Positions 45,546 to 54,945 of a DNA stretch of 64,000 nucleotides are shown here, in pieces. Each line of letters opens with the position of its first letter. Position 1 is the first letter of the stretch. The position numbers and the translations under genes are program-made. Source of the stretch: an uncultured Spirochaetota bacterium (GTDB taxonomy: Bacteria > Spirochaetota > Spirochaetia > Treponematales > Rectinemataceae); assembly GCA_963778775.1 (NCBI GenBank), contig CAVZVX010000041.1, positions 2,959 to 66,958 of the forward strand, given 5' to 3'. The notes under the pieces were generated by a model. It did not search any database and was not told the origin of the DNA. It saw only the letters and a list, made by a program, of their open reading frames with translations.

Positions 45546-46589
45546 ATGCCCGAAAGGCGGTGTCTTCCGATCGAGGGCCAAGGAGACCGTAAAATGGAAA
45601 ACGCCCTTCACGTCCGCGTTTCCGCCCGCATTGCGGCCGCCTTCGCGCTCATCCTGGCGTTCCTGTCCCGACTCAAGGCGGCCGGGCGTCAAAAGCTCAC
45701 GATCATGCTCATTCCCCACACCGAGAGAAGGGTTCTCAACGTCCAGCTGAGTTTCTTCGCCCTCGGAGGCATTATCCTGGCCGCAGGCCTCGTTCTCCTG
45801 GGCTTCCTATTCTCGGCCGCCCGATTTTCCGACACCGTCAACAAGCTGGAGTCCCGCTCGAGCGACCTGGCCTCGACGCAGGCGCGCCTCGACGCCATTC
45901 GAAGTCAGACGAGAGAGCTCGTTACGGCCGCGAAGCGCTTCGAAAACGCCCTATCGGGCACCTTGGGCCGCATCGACGCGAAGAGCGCCGGGTCCGACCC
46001 GCCGCGGCCGGGGGATCCCGTTCCCCTCTTCCAACCCACCCTGGGCGGCGCGGGCTCGGCCCGCGAGATCGGGGAGCTCCAGGACGTCACGAATAGCCTC
46101 GAGAATTCGGTCGATCCCCTCAAGGATCTGGGTGCTCTCCTTCAGAACCAAAGCGCCATACTCACCGAAATCCCGAATATCTGGCCGGTCAAGGGATCGA
46201 GCCATATCTCGATGTATTACGGCCGGAACGAGAACCCCTTCACCGGGCAATGGTACATTCATTCGGGAGTGGATATCTCGACCTATCGCACCGGCGATCC
46301 CGTCGTATCCACGGCCGACGGCCGCGTCGCGGCGATCGGCTACGACGCGAACCTCGGCAACTACATCGTCGTCCAGCACGATCACGGCTTCCTGACGGGG
46401 TATGGGCACCTCATGGCTTTCAGGGTCTCCATCGGCCAGAAGGTCAAGCAGGGCCAGGAAATCGGCCTGCTCGGCAATACGGGCCTCACCACCGGGCCCT
46501 GCCTCCATTACGAAGTGCATCTCGGGACGGGCGTCATAGACCCGCTCAAGTTCCTCAATATCAGGGCCGCCGCGACGGCGACCGAGTAG
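45546..46589 (+). CDS. M23-family metallopeptidase with N-terminal membrane anchor and coiled coil
   Basis: HSGVDIS...GNYIVVQHDHGFLTGYGHL...GNTGLTTGPCLHYEV. An alternative start at ATG 45594 is possible. Confidence 0.85.
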   Translation: MPERRCLPIEGQGDRKMENALHVRVSARIAAAFALILAFLSRLKAAGRQKLTIMLIPHTERRVLNVQLSFFALGGIILAAGLVLLGFLFSAARFSDTVNKLESRSSDLASTQARLDAIRSQTRELVTAAKRFENALSGTLGRIDAKSAGSDPPRPGDPVPLFQPTLGGAGSAREIGELQDVTNSLENSVDPLKDLGALLQNQSAILTEIPNIWPVKGSSHISMYYGRNENPFTGQWYIHSGVDISTYRTGDPVVSTADGRVAAIGYDANLGNYIVVQHDHGFLTGYGHLMAFRVSIGQKVKQGQEIGLLGNTGLTTGPCLHYEVHLGTGVIDPLKFLNIRAAATATE

Positions 46590-46612
46590 ACCGAAGGCAG
46601 CCGGAGAGGTCC

Positions 46613-47089
46613 ATGGCAGATCCGAGAGACACTCTCGTCAATTCGATAATCGGGGCGGGCTCCGCCATCGACGGGGACATAGACGTCGATGGCCTCCTGC
46701 GCGTAGACGGCGACCTGCGCGGGACCCTTCGCGTCACGGGCAAGCTCGTGATAGGATCCGAGGGCAGGGTCGAGGCGCCCATTCGCGCCAAATCCGCCAT
46801 CATCGGGGGGATGGTGAAGGGCGACGTCTACGTCTCCGAGCGCCTGCGCATACTCGAGGGCGGCGTGGTGATAGGCAACGTCTTCGCGCCGCGATTCGAG
46901 GCCGAGGAAGGTACGGTCGTTCATGGGGACGTGGCCGTGACCGGCAGGCTAGAGGGCGCCGACGAGGAACTGGCGGCCTTCGTCAAGACCCACGGCGACG
47001 CGCGGCGCTTTCTCGGCCGCTTCCGCGACGACTGCTTCGCGGAGCCCCTCCCCCGGCCGGATCGGCGACGCCAGGGACCCGAGGACTGA
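46613..47089 (+). CDS. Bactofilin (polymer-forming cytoskeletal protein)
   Basis: IIGAGSAIDGDIDVDGLLRVDGDLRGTLRVTGKLVIGSEGRVEAPIRAKSAIIGGMVKGDV beta-helix repeats. Confidence 0.85.
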   Translation: MADPRDTLVNSIIGAGSAIDGDIDVDGLLRVDGDLRGTLRVTGKLVIGSEGRVEAPIRAKSAIIGGMVKGDVYVSERLRILEGGVVIGNVFAPRFEAEEGTVVHGDVAVTGRLEGADEELAAFVKTHGDARRFLGRFRDDCFAEPLPRPDRRRQGPED

Positions 47090-47094
47090 TCCCC

Positions 47095-47592
47095 GTGGCC
47101 GGCGTCGATTTTCCCGAAGGCATCACTCCGTTCGGACCCTCCTACGTCCCGAGGCGCAAGGAGGATGAAAAGAAGGTCGGGAAGGGCAAGGGGCTCTTCC
47201 GTACCATCCTCGGGAAGGCGGTCGACGAGGCCGGGGAAAGCGAGGCTTCCCCCGGGGCCGAGGACTTCTCCAAGGCGGGCCTCGAGGCCCTCCTGGACGA
47301 GGTGCACGAGACCGGGGACAGGCTCAAGGGAAACCCGAGCGTCGACCTGGTCCAGGACTACAAGAAGGCGGTGCGCGACTTCGTCCATTTCGTCGTCGAG
47401 CGCTCCTTCGCCGTCGAGCAGAAGACCTCGGGACGCAACATACTCAAGCGCAACGCCTACTTCCGGGTCTCCGTGATCGACGCATCGCTGGAGAAGCTGG
47501 CCGCGGAGATACTCCGCAACCAGCGCGACAATCTCGAGATACTGCGTCGGGTCGACGAGATAAACGGAATGCTCGTCGACCTGCTTAGTTGA
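47095..47592 (+). CDS. DUF327 (YaaR-like) protein
   Basis: 165-aa ORF. ...VQDYKKAVRDFVHFVV...ILRRVDEINGMLVDL resembles YaaR-family text, from memory. GTG start. Confidence 0.65.
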   Translation: MAGVDFPEGITPFGPSYVPRRKEDEKKVGKGKGLFRTILGKAVDEAGESEASPGAEDFSKAGLEALLDEVHETGDRLKGNPSVDLVQDYKKAVRDFVHFVVERSFAVEQKTSGRNILKRNAYFRVSVIDASLEKLAAEILRNQRDNLEILRRVDEINGMLVDLLS

Positions 47593-47602
47593 GGAGTCTT
47601 AC

Positions 47603-48736
47603 ATGAGCGATTATCGCGACGACAATAGCATCCAGACCGAAGAGGAGCTCGGACGGCTCGAGGACTCGCGCGAGCGCGAGGACGAGCGTCCCCGCGGCAG
47701 GGCGGCCGATCCCAGGGACCTGCCTCGGCCCTTGTTCAGGATCAAGGCCTTGCACTCCAACGAGACCTTCTACGCCTATTTCCCCCAATCCCCGAAGGAC
47801 CAAGTCCCGTCGACCCTGCAAGGCTCGGTCGAGGCCTCGGCGGCCGGCGAGCTTCCCGAGCCCGAAGGGGCTCCGGCCGCGGAAGAAGGCGACGCGCCCT
47901 CGTTTCCCGAAGCTTATTCCGACGCCGAGGCGGACGACGCGGCCGCCGTCCAGGCCGCGCTGGGCCTTATCGAGAGACGCGAGATGGTCGTCGTCCCCAC
48001 GCGCTACGGCCGGGACGTCTGCGAGATGCAAGGCGTCCTGAAGGAGCCCGGGCCGATAGGCAAGGACGAGATCGTGCCCATCGAGCGGATCGCCACCGAG
48101 GACGACCTGCGCAAGGTCGAGGCCAACCGGGAGCGCGAGAAGAAGGCCTTCGAGACTTGCAGACAGAAGATCGCCTCGCGCAACCTCCCCATGAAGCTCG
48201 TCTCGGCCCATTACCTCCTCGAGGAGCCGAAGGTGCTCTTCTATTTCTCGGCGGAGTCGCGAGTGGACTTCCGCGAGCTCGTCAAGGACCTCGTCGCGGT
48301 GTTCAAGATCCGCATAGAGCTGCGCCAGATCGGCGTCAGGGACGAGGCGCGAGTCACGGGAGGCTGCGGCGTCTGCGGCCGCGTCCTATGCTGCCACGGC
48401 GTGACCGACAAGCTCGTGCCGGTGTCCATCAAGATGGCCAAGGACCAGAATCTCTCCCTCAACTCGATGAAGATCTCCGGCCCCTGCGGACGGCTCCTCT
48501 GTTGCCTGGCCTATGAATTCGGCTTCTACCGCGACGCGCGCCGGACGCTGCCCGGCGAAGGAGCGCGCTTCCAGTACGACGGAGTGCCTTTCCGCGTGAT
48601 CGAGGTGAACGCGCTTTCCGGATCGGTCAAGATGGCGGGGGAGGACGGCCGCCTTCTCGACATGCCGGCCTCGCGCTTCGCCTATTCCGAGGGCCGCTGG
48701 CACGTGAAGGAAGAGGAGAAGGACAAGGCGGAGTAA
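47603..48736 (+). CDS. PSP1-domain protein (RicT/YaaT-like)
   Basis: ...KLVSAHYLLEEPKVLFYFSAESRVDFRELVKDLVAVFKIRIELRQIGVRDEAR..GGCGVCGRVLCCH. Confidence 0.85.
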   Translation: MSDYRDDNSIQTEEELGRLEDSREREDERPRGRAADPRDLPRPLFRIKALHSNETFYAYFPQSPKDQVPSTLQGSVEASAAGELPEPEGAPAAEEGDAPSFPEAYSDAEADDAAAVQAALGLIERREMVVVPTRYGRDVCEMQGVLKEPGPIGKDEIVPIERIATEDDLRKVEANREREKKAFETCRQKIASRNLPMKLVSAHYLLEEPKVLFYFSAESRVDFRELVKDLVAVFKIRIELRQIGVRDEARVTGGCGVCGRVLCCHGVTDKLVPVSIKMAKDQNLSLNSMKISGPCGRLLCCLAYEFGFYRDARRTLPGEGARFQYDGVPFRVIEVNALSGSVKMAGEDGRLLDMPASRFAYSEGRWHVKEEEKDKAE

Positions 48737-48804
48737 ATTGGCCGAATAGCATTTTCAGGCTGCCGAGGGCGGGTCCCAAGAATGTAATTCGCCTGTTCCT
48801 CCGG

Positions 48805-49833
48805 CTATTTCAGCGCGACCAGCTCGACCTCGAAGGCCAGGAAGCTGTCGGGGGCGATGGGGCCGCCCGGAGTGCCGCGCGAGCCGTAGGCCAGCTCCGG
48901 CGGAATCACTATCATCCGCTTTTCGCCCTTTTTCATTTCCATGACCACCTTGTCCCATCCCGGGATGATCTTGCCGACGCCCACCTGGAAGTCGACGGGG
49001 CCGCCGTGGAAATCGGATTGGTCGAAGACCTGGCCGTTTACGAGCATGCCCTTGTAGGCCACGGATACGGTCTGGCCCGCCGCGGGCGTCGGCCCCGATC
49101 CGGCCTTGATCGTCTTCTGGTATATCCCGTCGGAGTCGGGCGCGAGGTCGGGCCAACGCTGCCTGATCGCGGCGATGTCCGTCGCGCGCTTGTCGTCCGC
49201 CGCCTTCTTCATCGCGGCCGTAAGCGGCGCGAGCCTCGAGTCGAAGGCCGCCTGGTCGGCCTTGAAAGCCCTAGCGTCCGAGCCGTTGCGAAGGATCCTG
49301 ATCTTCAGGAGCTTGTCGCCCTGAACGACCTTCTTGACTACGTCCATCCCCTGCACGACCTTGCCGAAGACCGTGTAGCCGCCATCGAGCTCCGGCACCG
49401 CCCGCATCGTTATGAAGAACTGGGAGCCGTTCGTATTCGGCCCTGCGTTGGCCATGCCCACGACGCCCTCGGCATCGTACTTGAGATCGTTCGAGATCTC
49501 GTTGGGGAACTCGTAGCCCGGCCCTCCTGTCCCGTCGCCCTTCGGATCGCCCGATTGAATCACGAAGTCCGCCACTACGCGATGGAAGCTCAGGCCGTCG
49601 AAGTACTTCTTGCCCTTGGAGGCGTCCATTCTGCCCTCCGCCAGGCCGACGAAATTGCCGACGCTGAGAGGCGCCCGCTTGTATTCCAGCCGGATCAGGA
49701 TTTCGCCCTTCGCGGTATCGAGGCGCGCATAGAGTCCGTCGGGCTCTCCCGCCGCTCGGTTCTGGTTGCAAGAGATCACGCATGCCGAGAGAATGCAGGC
49801 GGCTGCGATGCCCTTCATACGGATGATTCGCAT
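48805..49833 (-). CDS. Lipoprotein peptidyl-prolyl isomerase, cyclophilin-FKBP fusion
   Basis: Lipobox CVISC. Cyclophilin FHRVVADFVIQSGDP...GSQFFIT. C-terminal FKBP FQVGVGKIIPGWDKVVMEMKKGEKR. Confidence 0.85.
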   Translation of the reverse strand: MRIIRMKGIAAACILSACVISCNQNRAAGEPDGLYARLDTAKGEILIRLEYKRAPLSVGNFVGLAEGRMDASKGKKYFDGLSFHRVVADFVIQSGDPKGDGTGGPGYEFPNEISNDLKYDAEGVVGMANAGPNTNGSQFFITMRAVPELDGGYTVFGKVVQGMDVVKKVVQGDKLLKIRILRNGSDARAFKADQAAFDSRLAPLTAAMKKAADDKRATDIAAIRQRWPDLAPDSDGIYQKTIKAGSGPTPAAGQTVSVAYKGMLVNGQVFDQSDFHGGPVDFQVGVGKIIPGWDKVVMEMKKGEKRMIVIPPELAYGSRGTPGGPIAPDSFLAFEVELVALK

Positions 49834-49972
49834 AATTCCTCCACGATAGGATCGGATGAGGTTAGACCGGATCGACGTCGGTATTCAACGCCCTCGGGAC
49901 CCGGCGCGATCGATCTTGACGGCCGGGAAGGATGGAACGATTATCGATTAAGTACGCATGCGGGAGCGCGCC

Positions 49973-50464
49973 ATGTCCGACGAATCGTATCGACGCCCGA
50001 GCTGGGACGAGTATTTCATGGAAGTCTGCAACGCCATAGCCAAGCGAGCTACCTGCGACCGGGGCCGATCCGGCTGCGTCATAGCCCGCGACAACCAGAT
50101 TCTGGCCACGGGCTACGTCGGCGCGCCCGCCGGCCTGCCCCACTGCGACGAGGCCGGCCATCAGCTCAAGAAAACCGTTCACGAAGACGGGAGCGTCACT
50201 CAGCACTGCGTCCGTACCGTTCACGCCGAGCAGAACGCGATCTGCCAGGCCGCCAAGCGCGGCGTGGGCATCGCCGGCTCGACGGTCTATTGCCGGATGA
50301 CTCCCTGCCGCGCCTGCGCGATGATGATCATCAATTGCGGCATCGTCCGCGTCGTCGCCGAGCGCCGCTACCACGCGGGGTCGGAGAGCGAGGAGATGTT
50401 CCGAGCGGCGGGCGTCGAGCTCGAGTTCGTCCATGAGGAGGTCGAGAAGTACGAGAGGCAGTGA
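49973..50464 (+). CDS. dCMP deaminase (ComEB-type)
   Basis: SWDEYFM...VHAEQNAI...PCRACAMMI zinc motifs. Confidence 0.85.
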   Translation: MSDESYRRPSWDEYFMEVCNAIAKRATCDRGRSGCVIARDNQILATGYVGAPAGLPHCDEAGHQLKKTVHEDGSVTQHCVRTVHAEQNAICQAAKRGVGIAGSTVYCRMTPCRACAMMIINCGIVRVVAERRYHAGSESEEMFRAAGVELEFVHEEVEKYERQ

Positions 50465-50525
50465 AAGGGCCTTGCTGACCCGGCAATTGAAAAGCCGTCA
50501 TCGCATCGACTGTTTTATTGCCGGG

Positions 50526-51134
50526 TCAGTAGTTCAGGTCGACGAACAGCTCTTCGGGATCGACGACGAAGCCCTCGAGGACCCGCGATGCGATCGAGGA
50601 GACGTCGCCGAGCCTATTCCGGAGCTCGCCTTCGTCGAATTCCCCGTCTTTCTTCGGGCGATATACCCATACGCTCCAGGCGGCCGGATCGAGGACCCAG
50701 TACTCTCTCACGCCGCGGCTCTCGTAGAGTTCGTACTTGTCCTTGATGTCCTTCTTCGAAGTCCAGGGCGAAAGTATTTCTACGGCGAGGTCCGGCGCGC
50801 CCCGAGCTCCCCTCTCGGTGAGCTTGGACCTGTCGCAGAAGACGACGATGTCCGGCTGGACTACGCTTTCCACTTCGTCGTCGGCTTCCTCGCCCATCGG
50901 AAGCAGTACGTCGAAGGGCGCCGCGAAAACCTTACAAGGTTTCCCCTTCAAGAAATTGAATACTTCGTTGAAGAGCCTCGCCGAGACTTCCTGATGCCGC
51001 CGCATCGGCGCGGGGCTCATGGACCAGGCCTGTCCCTCGATGAGCTCCCATCGCTCCGAGTCGGGCCAGGTCCGGTAGTGGCGATACGTAAAACGCTCTT
51101 TGGGCGTCAGCGCGGGATTTCCCATGCGTTCCAT
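50526..51134 (-). CDS. Uma2-family (DUF820) restriction-endonuclease-fold protein
   Basis: ...WELIEGQAWSMSPAP...HQEVSARL...VQPDIVVF...APDLAVEILSPWT...KYELYESRGVREYW. The start is either ATG 51134 or ATG 51125. Confidence 0.75.
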   Translation of the reverse strand: MERMGNPALTPKERFTYRHYRTWPDSERWELIEGQAWSMSPAPMRRHQEVSARLFNEVFNFLKGKPCKVFAAPFDVLLPMGEEADDEVESVVQPDIVVFCDRSKLTERGARGAPDLAVEILSPWTSKKDIKDKYELYESRGVREYWVLDPAAWSVWVYRPKKDGEFDEGELRNRLGDVSSIASRVLEGFVVDPEELFVDLNY

Positions 51135-51260
51135 GCCTCCAATATAACGGAAACGAGAGCGGCGCGCCCGCTTGCTTGATAGGGGCATGGGTCGGTTTTC
51201 CCGGGCGGGCGACGCGCTCCCCCCTTGGCTATCCTCTCTCCCCGCGGCTACAGTGTCCGG

Positions 51261-52154
51261 GTGAGCATACGCATCCTGTACGTAGCCGAGATAGTCGGCA
51301 AGGCCGGAGTCTTCACCGTCAAGAAGATGCTGGCCGCGGCGAAGCGCGACCTGAAGGCCGACTTCGTGATCGGCAACGCCGACTCGGCCACCGGCGGCGC
51401 CGGCCTGGGTCGGCAGCACGCGGTCTATCTCCGCAAGCTCGGACTCGAGGCGATCACGACTGGCGAGTGCTGCTATTACAAGCGCGATATCGTAGAGCAC
51501 ATGCCCGGGGCCCCCTACCTGCTCAGGCCCGCCAATTATCCCTATGGCAACCCCGGACGAGGCTACAAGGTCTTTACCTGCGCCCATCCGGGCGGGACGG
51601 CGAAGGTGGCGGTGCTGCAGCTGCTCGGCCAGGCGGGTTTCCCTCGCGTGCACCTGGCCAATCCGTACCAGGTCGTCACCGACCTCGCGCGCAAGCTCCG
51701 CGAAGAGACGCCGACGATAATCCTGGACTTCCACGCGGCGACGACCGCCGAGAAGCAGACGATGTCGCATCACGCGGCGGGGCTCGTGTCGGCGGTGATC
51801 GGCTCCCATACCAAGGCTCAGACCTCGGACGCGCGCCTGGCGCGGGGTGGCACGGCCTACATCACGGACGCGGGCAGGACGGGAAGCCTCATGTCGGTCG
51901 GAGGCCTCGACCCCGACACGCGCATACGCGAGTACCTGACGGGCATATCGGCATGGGCAAAGGACGGTACGGCGGGACTCGAGCTCCAGGGATGCCTGGT
52001 CGAGGTGGGAGACGATGGCCGCGCCCTGTCCATCGAGGCCTTGCGCATTCCCTGCCCCTATGTCCTCGAGGAGAAGCGCGCGGAGGGGCCGGCCTCTCCG
52101 GAGGCAGGCCCCTCGGGCGAAATCGAATCCGGGCAGGAGGCTTTTCAGGCCTGA
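51261..52154 (+). CDS. YmdB-family metallophosphoesterase
   Basis: IRILYVAEIVGKAG...FVIGNADSATGGAGL...ILDFHAATTAEK...GSHTKAQTSD...YITDAGRTG. GTG start at 51261. Confidence 0.85.
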   Translation: MSIRILYVAEIVGKAGVFTVKKMLAAAKRDLKADFVIGNADSATGGAGLGRQHAVYLRKLGLEAITTGECCYYKRDIVEHMPGAPYLLRPANYPYGNPGRGYKVFTCAHPGGTAKVAVLQLLGQAGFPRVHLANPYQVVTDLARKLREETPTIILDFHAATTAEKQTMSHHAAGLVSAVIGSHTKAQTSDARLARGGTAYITDAGRTGSLMSVGGLDPDTRIREYLTGISAWAKDGTAGLELQGCLVEVGDDGRALSIEALRIPCPYVLEEKRAEGPASPEAGPSGEIESGQEAFQA

Positions 52155-52696
52155 AGGAGCACCTTCGAAGCGAGCGCATCGGCCTCGCCTTCCCCGACGA
52201 GAGCGGTCACTATAGCGCGCGAGAATTCCCCCGCGCTCCCGGCCGCGCGCGACGTGATGAGCCTGCCGTCCACCACGACGCGGTCCTCGCTGAAGGTCGC
52301 GCCCGCGACTCCGGTCTCGGTTCCCGGATAGCCGGTGAAGCGCCTTCCCTTCAGGATGCCGCAGGCCGAGTGGAGCACGACCGCGGGAGCCGCGCAAATC
52401 GCCGCGACGAGGGCGCCCGATGCGAAGTGGCGCTTTATGAGGAAGACCGCGGATGCGCTCGCCGCGATATTGTCGGCGCCTCGCCCTCCGCCAGGCACTA
52501 CGATGCAGTCGAAATCGCGGCCGAAGCCCTCGGCCCCGAGGGTCGCCTCGATTTTTATCCCATGGGATCCGGAAACGATCCTGCCCGTCACGCCCAGTAT
52601 CTGCACATCGATTCCGGCTCGGCGCAGGTAGTCTATGGGCGTGATCGCCTCGACCTCCTCGAAACCGTCGGCCAGCAACACGCAAGCGGTTTTCAT
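52145..52696 (-). CDS. DJ-1/PfpI-family protein
   Basis: VLLADGFEEVE...VVPGG...VAAICAAP (nucleophile-elbow Cys). Confidence 0.85.
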   Translation of the reverse strand: MKTACVLLADGFEEVEAITPIDYLRRAGIDVQILGVTGRIVSGSHGIKIEATLGAEGFGRDFDCIVVPGGGRGADNIAASASAVFLIKRHFASGALVAAICAAPAVVLHSACGILKGRRFTGYPGTETGVAGATFSEDRVVVDGRLITSRAAGSAGEFSRAIVTALVGEGEADALASKVLLQA

Positions 52697-52779
52697 CGTT
52701 TTGCTCTCCTAGGACTACAATACTGAACCGATCTCGCCGAAGGCGAATGCCACGCCGTGGGTCATGGCCCCTCGAGGAC

Positions 52780-54897
52780 TCAGGTCGGGCGGCGCCTCAC
52801 CTCGAGTTCCTCCGCCGGAGCTTCCGCGAGGGTCTTCAGCCGCTTTACCGTCTCGTAAAAGAAGGCCTGCGTCGAGAAGGGAGCTTCTCCTTCCGAGGGC
52901 TTCACCTTCGCCCAGCGTCCATCGGGCTCGAGGCGGTGGGCTTTCGCCGTGTCGTCGAAGTAGGCGCCCAGTATGTCGCGAATGCGGCTTCGGGCGGTTT
53001 CGTCGCGTACGGGGAACATGAGCTCGATTCGCTTCTCGAGGTTGCGCGGCAGCCAATCGGCGCTCGAGAGGTAGGTCTCCTCGGCGCCGCCGTTGTTGAA
53101 GTAGACGATCCGCGCGTGCTCGAGGTTGCGGCCGACGATGCTGACGACGCTGATGTTCTCGGAAAGTCCTTGGACGCCCGGGACCAGGGTGCAGATGCCC
53201 CGGACGTTCAGGAGGATCCTGACGCCCGCCCGGTTGGCCTTATAGAGGGCGTCGATCACGTCGATGTCGGCCAGGGCGTTCATCTTGGCCATGATGAGTC
53301 CGGGCGACTCCGGCGTGGAGCGCTGGGCCTCGCGCTCGATCATGGCGATCAGTCGCGGCTTGAGATCGAAGGGCGCGACCGCCAGGCTCCGCAGCTGCTG
53401 CACCGCCGAGTAGCCCGTGATCATGTTGAAGAATATCGAGGCTTCGCGGCAAAGGTCCTCGTCGTCGGTGAAGAGCGAGAGGTCGGCGTAGAGTCTCGCG
53501 GTGCGGTCGTTGTAATTCCCCGTCGAGAGATGGAGGTAGCGGCGTACGGAGCCGTCCTCCTCGCGCCGCACGACGAGCGCGGCCTTGGCGTGGACCTTGA
53601 GCCTCGCTATGCCGTATACGACGATCGCGCCGGCCTGCTCCAGGCGAGCGGCCCATTCGATGTTGCGCTCCTCGTCGAAGCGGGCCTTGAGCTCGACGAG
53701 CACGGCCACCTGCTTCCCGTTGCGCGCCGCTCGCGTCAGGGCGCGCACGACGGGCGAGTTGCCCGAGGTCCGGTACAGGGTCATCTTGACGGCCAGCACC
53801 GAGGGGTCGTCCGCCGCCTCGTCCAGGAAGCGCAGCACGGGGTCGAAGGATTCGTAGGGCACGTGGAGGAGCTTGTCGCCCGCGGCGATCTCGTCCCATA
53901 TCGTCGAGCCCTCGAGCGGCTCGAGGCTGTGCACCGGCGGCCAGGGGAGGTCCCGCAGCCTCGCGGCGCGCTCGGGCGCGAGATAGCTGGATTGGGCGAG
54001 CTCCATGAGGCCGCGAAGGTCGATGGGGCCCGAGAGCGCGTAGACGTCGTCGTCGCCGAGGCCTATGGCCTCGCGGATCATCCGGGCGATGGCCTCGGAC
54101 TCCCCGGAAACGGAAAGCAGCACCGGGTAGGAATTCTGCCTGTCGACGACGACTTCCTCCATGGCGGCGATGAAATCGTCGGCCCTGTCCTCGTCGACCG
54201 CGAAGTCCGCGTCCCGGGTCACCTTGAAGAGGAGGGTCTCGCCTACGCTCCAGCCGGGGAAGAGCCTGGGGCCGAAATAGGCGACGACGTCCTCGATGAT
54301 GGCCAAGCGGGTCGTGGTCCCTTCCGCGGGCATGCGGACGAAGCGGTCGAGGTTGGGAGGCACCTGAACCACGGCGAAGCCGGTCTCTTCGCCGCGGGAA
54401 AGGAGGAAGGCCGCGTGGATGCGCAGCGAGCCGGTCGTCGGAAAGCCGGGGCGCCCGTCCTCGCCGCCCCCGTCCACGCGCAGCGGCGTCAGGAGGGGAA
54501 AGACGCGCTCGGAAAAATAGCCCTCTAGCCAGCGACGCTCCGGCCCGGTCCAGCCCGAGGGCCGGACGACTGCGAGGCCTTCCCCGGCCAAGGCCGGCAG
54601 GATTTCGGCGAGGCACTCGTACTGTTTGGACATGATCTCTCGAGCCCGGCGCGCGACGGCCGCGAGCTGCTCGGCGGGGCTCATCCCCGAGCCGTCGGGG
54701 GTCGCGTCGCCCGCCCGGAGCTGGGCCTTGAGCGAAGCGACGCGGACCATGAAGAACTCGTCGAAGTTCGACGAGACTATCGCCAGGAATTTCATGCGCT
54801 CGAGGAGGGGGTTCGACCGGTCGAGCGCCTCCTCCAGTATCCTCGCGTTGAACTCTAGCCATGACAGCTCGCGATTGAAATAGCGGTTGGCGCTCAT
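52780..54897 (-). CDS. ppk: Polyphosphate kinase 1
   Basis: 705-aa ORF. YFNRELSWLEFNARILEEA N-terminus and full-length PPK1 layout. Confidence 0.95.
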   Translation of the reverse strand: MSANRYFNRELSWLEFNARILEEALDRSNPLLERMKFLAIVSSNFDEFFMVRVASLKAQLRAGDATPDGSGMSPAEQLAAVARRAREIMSKQYECLAEILPALAGEGLAVVRPSGWTGPERRWLEGYFSERVFPLLTPLRVDGGGEDGRPGFPTTGSLRIHAAFLLSRGEETGFAVVQVPPNLDRFVRMPAEGTTTRLAIIEDVVAYFGPRLFPGWSVGETLLFKVTRDADFAVDEDRADDFIAAMEEVVVDRQNSYPVLLSVSGESEAIARMIREAIGLGDDDVYALSGPIDLRGLMELAQSSYLAPERAARLRDLPWPPVHSLEPLEGSTIWDEIAAGDKLLHVPYESFDPVLRFLDEAADDPSVLAVKMTLYRTSGNSPVVRALTRAARNGKQVAVLVELKARFDEERNIEWAARLEQAGAIVVYGIARLKVHAKAALVVRREEDGSVRRYLHLSTGNYNDRTARLYADLSLFTDDEDLCREASIFFNMITGYSAVQQLRSLAVAPFDLKPRLIAMIEREAQRSTPESPGLIMAKMNALADIDVIDALYKANRAGVRILLNVRGICTLVPGVQGLSENISVVSIVGRNLEHARIVYFNNGGAEETYLSSADWLPRNLEKRIELMFPVRDETARSRIRDILGAYFDDTAKAHRLEPDGRWAKVKPSEGEAPFSTQAFFYETVKRLKTLAEAPAEELEVRRRPT

Positions 54898-54945
54898 CCA
54901 CGATTTCCTTTCGATCCAGAATTATGCGTGTCTCATGCCGCGCGA

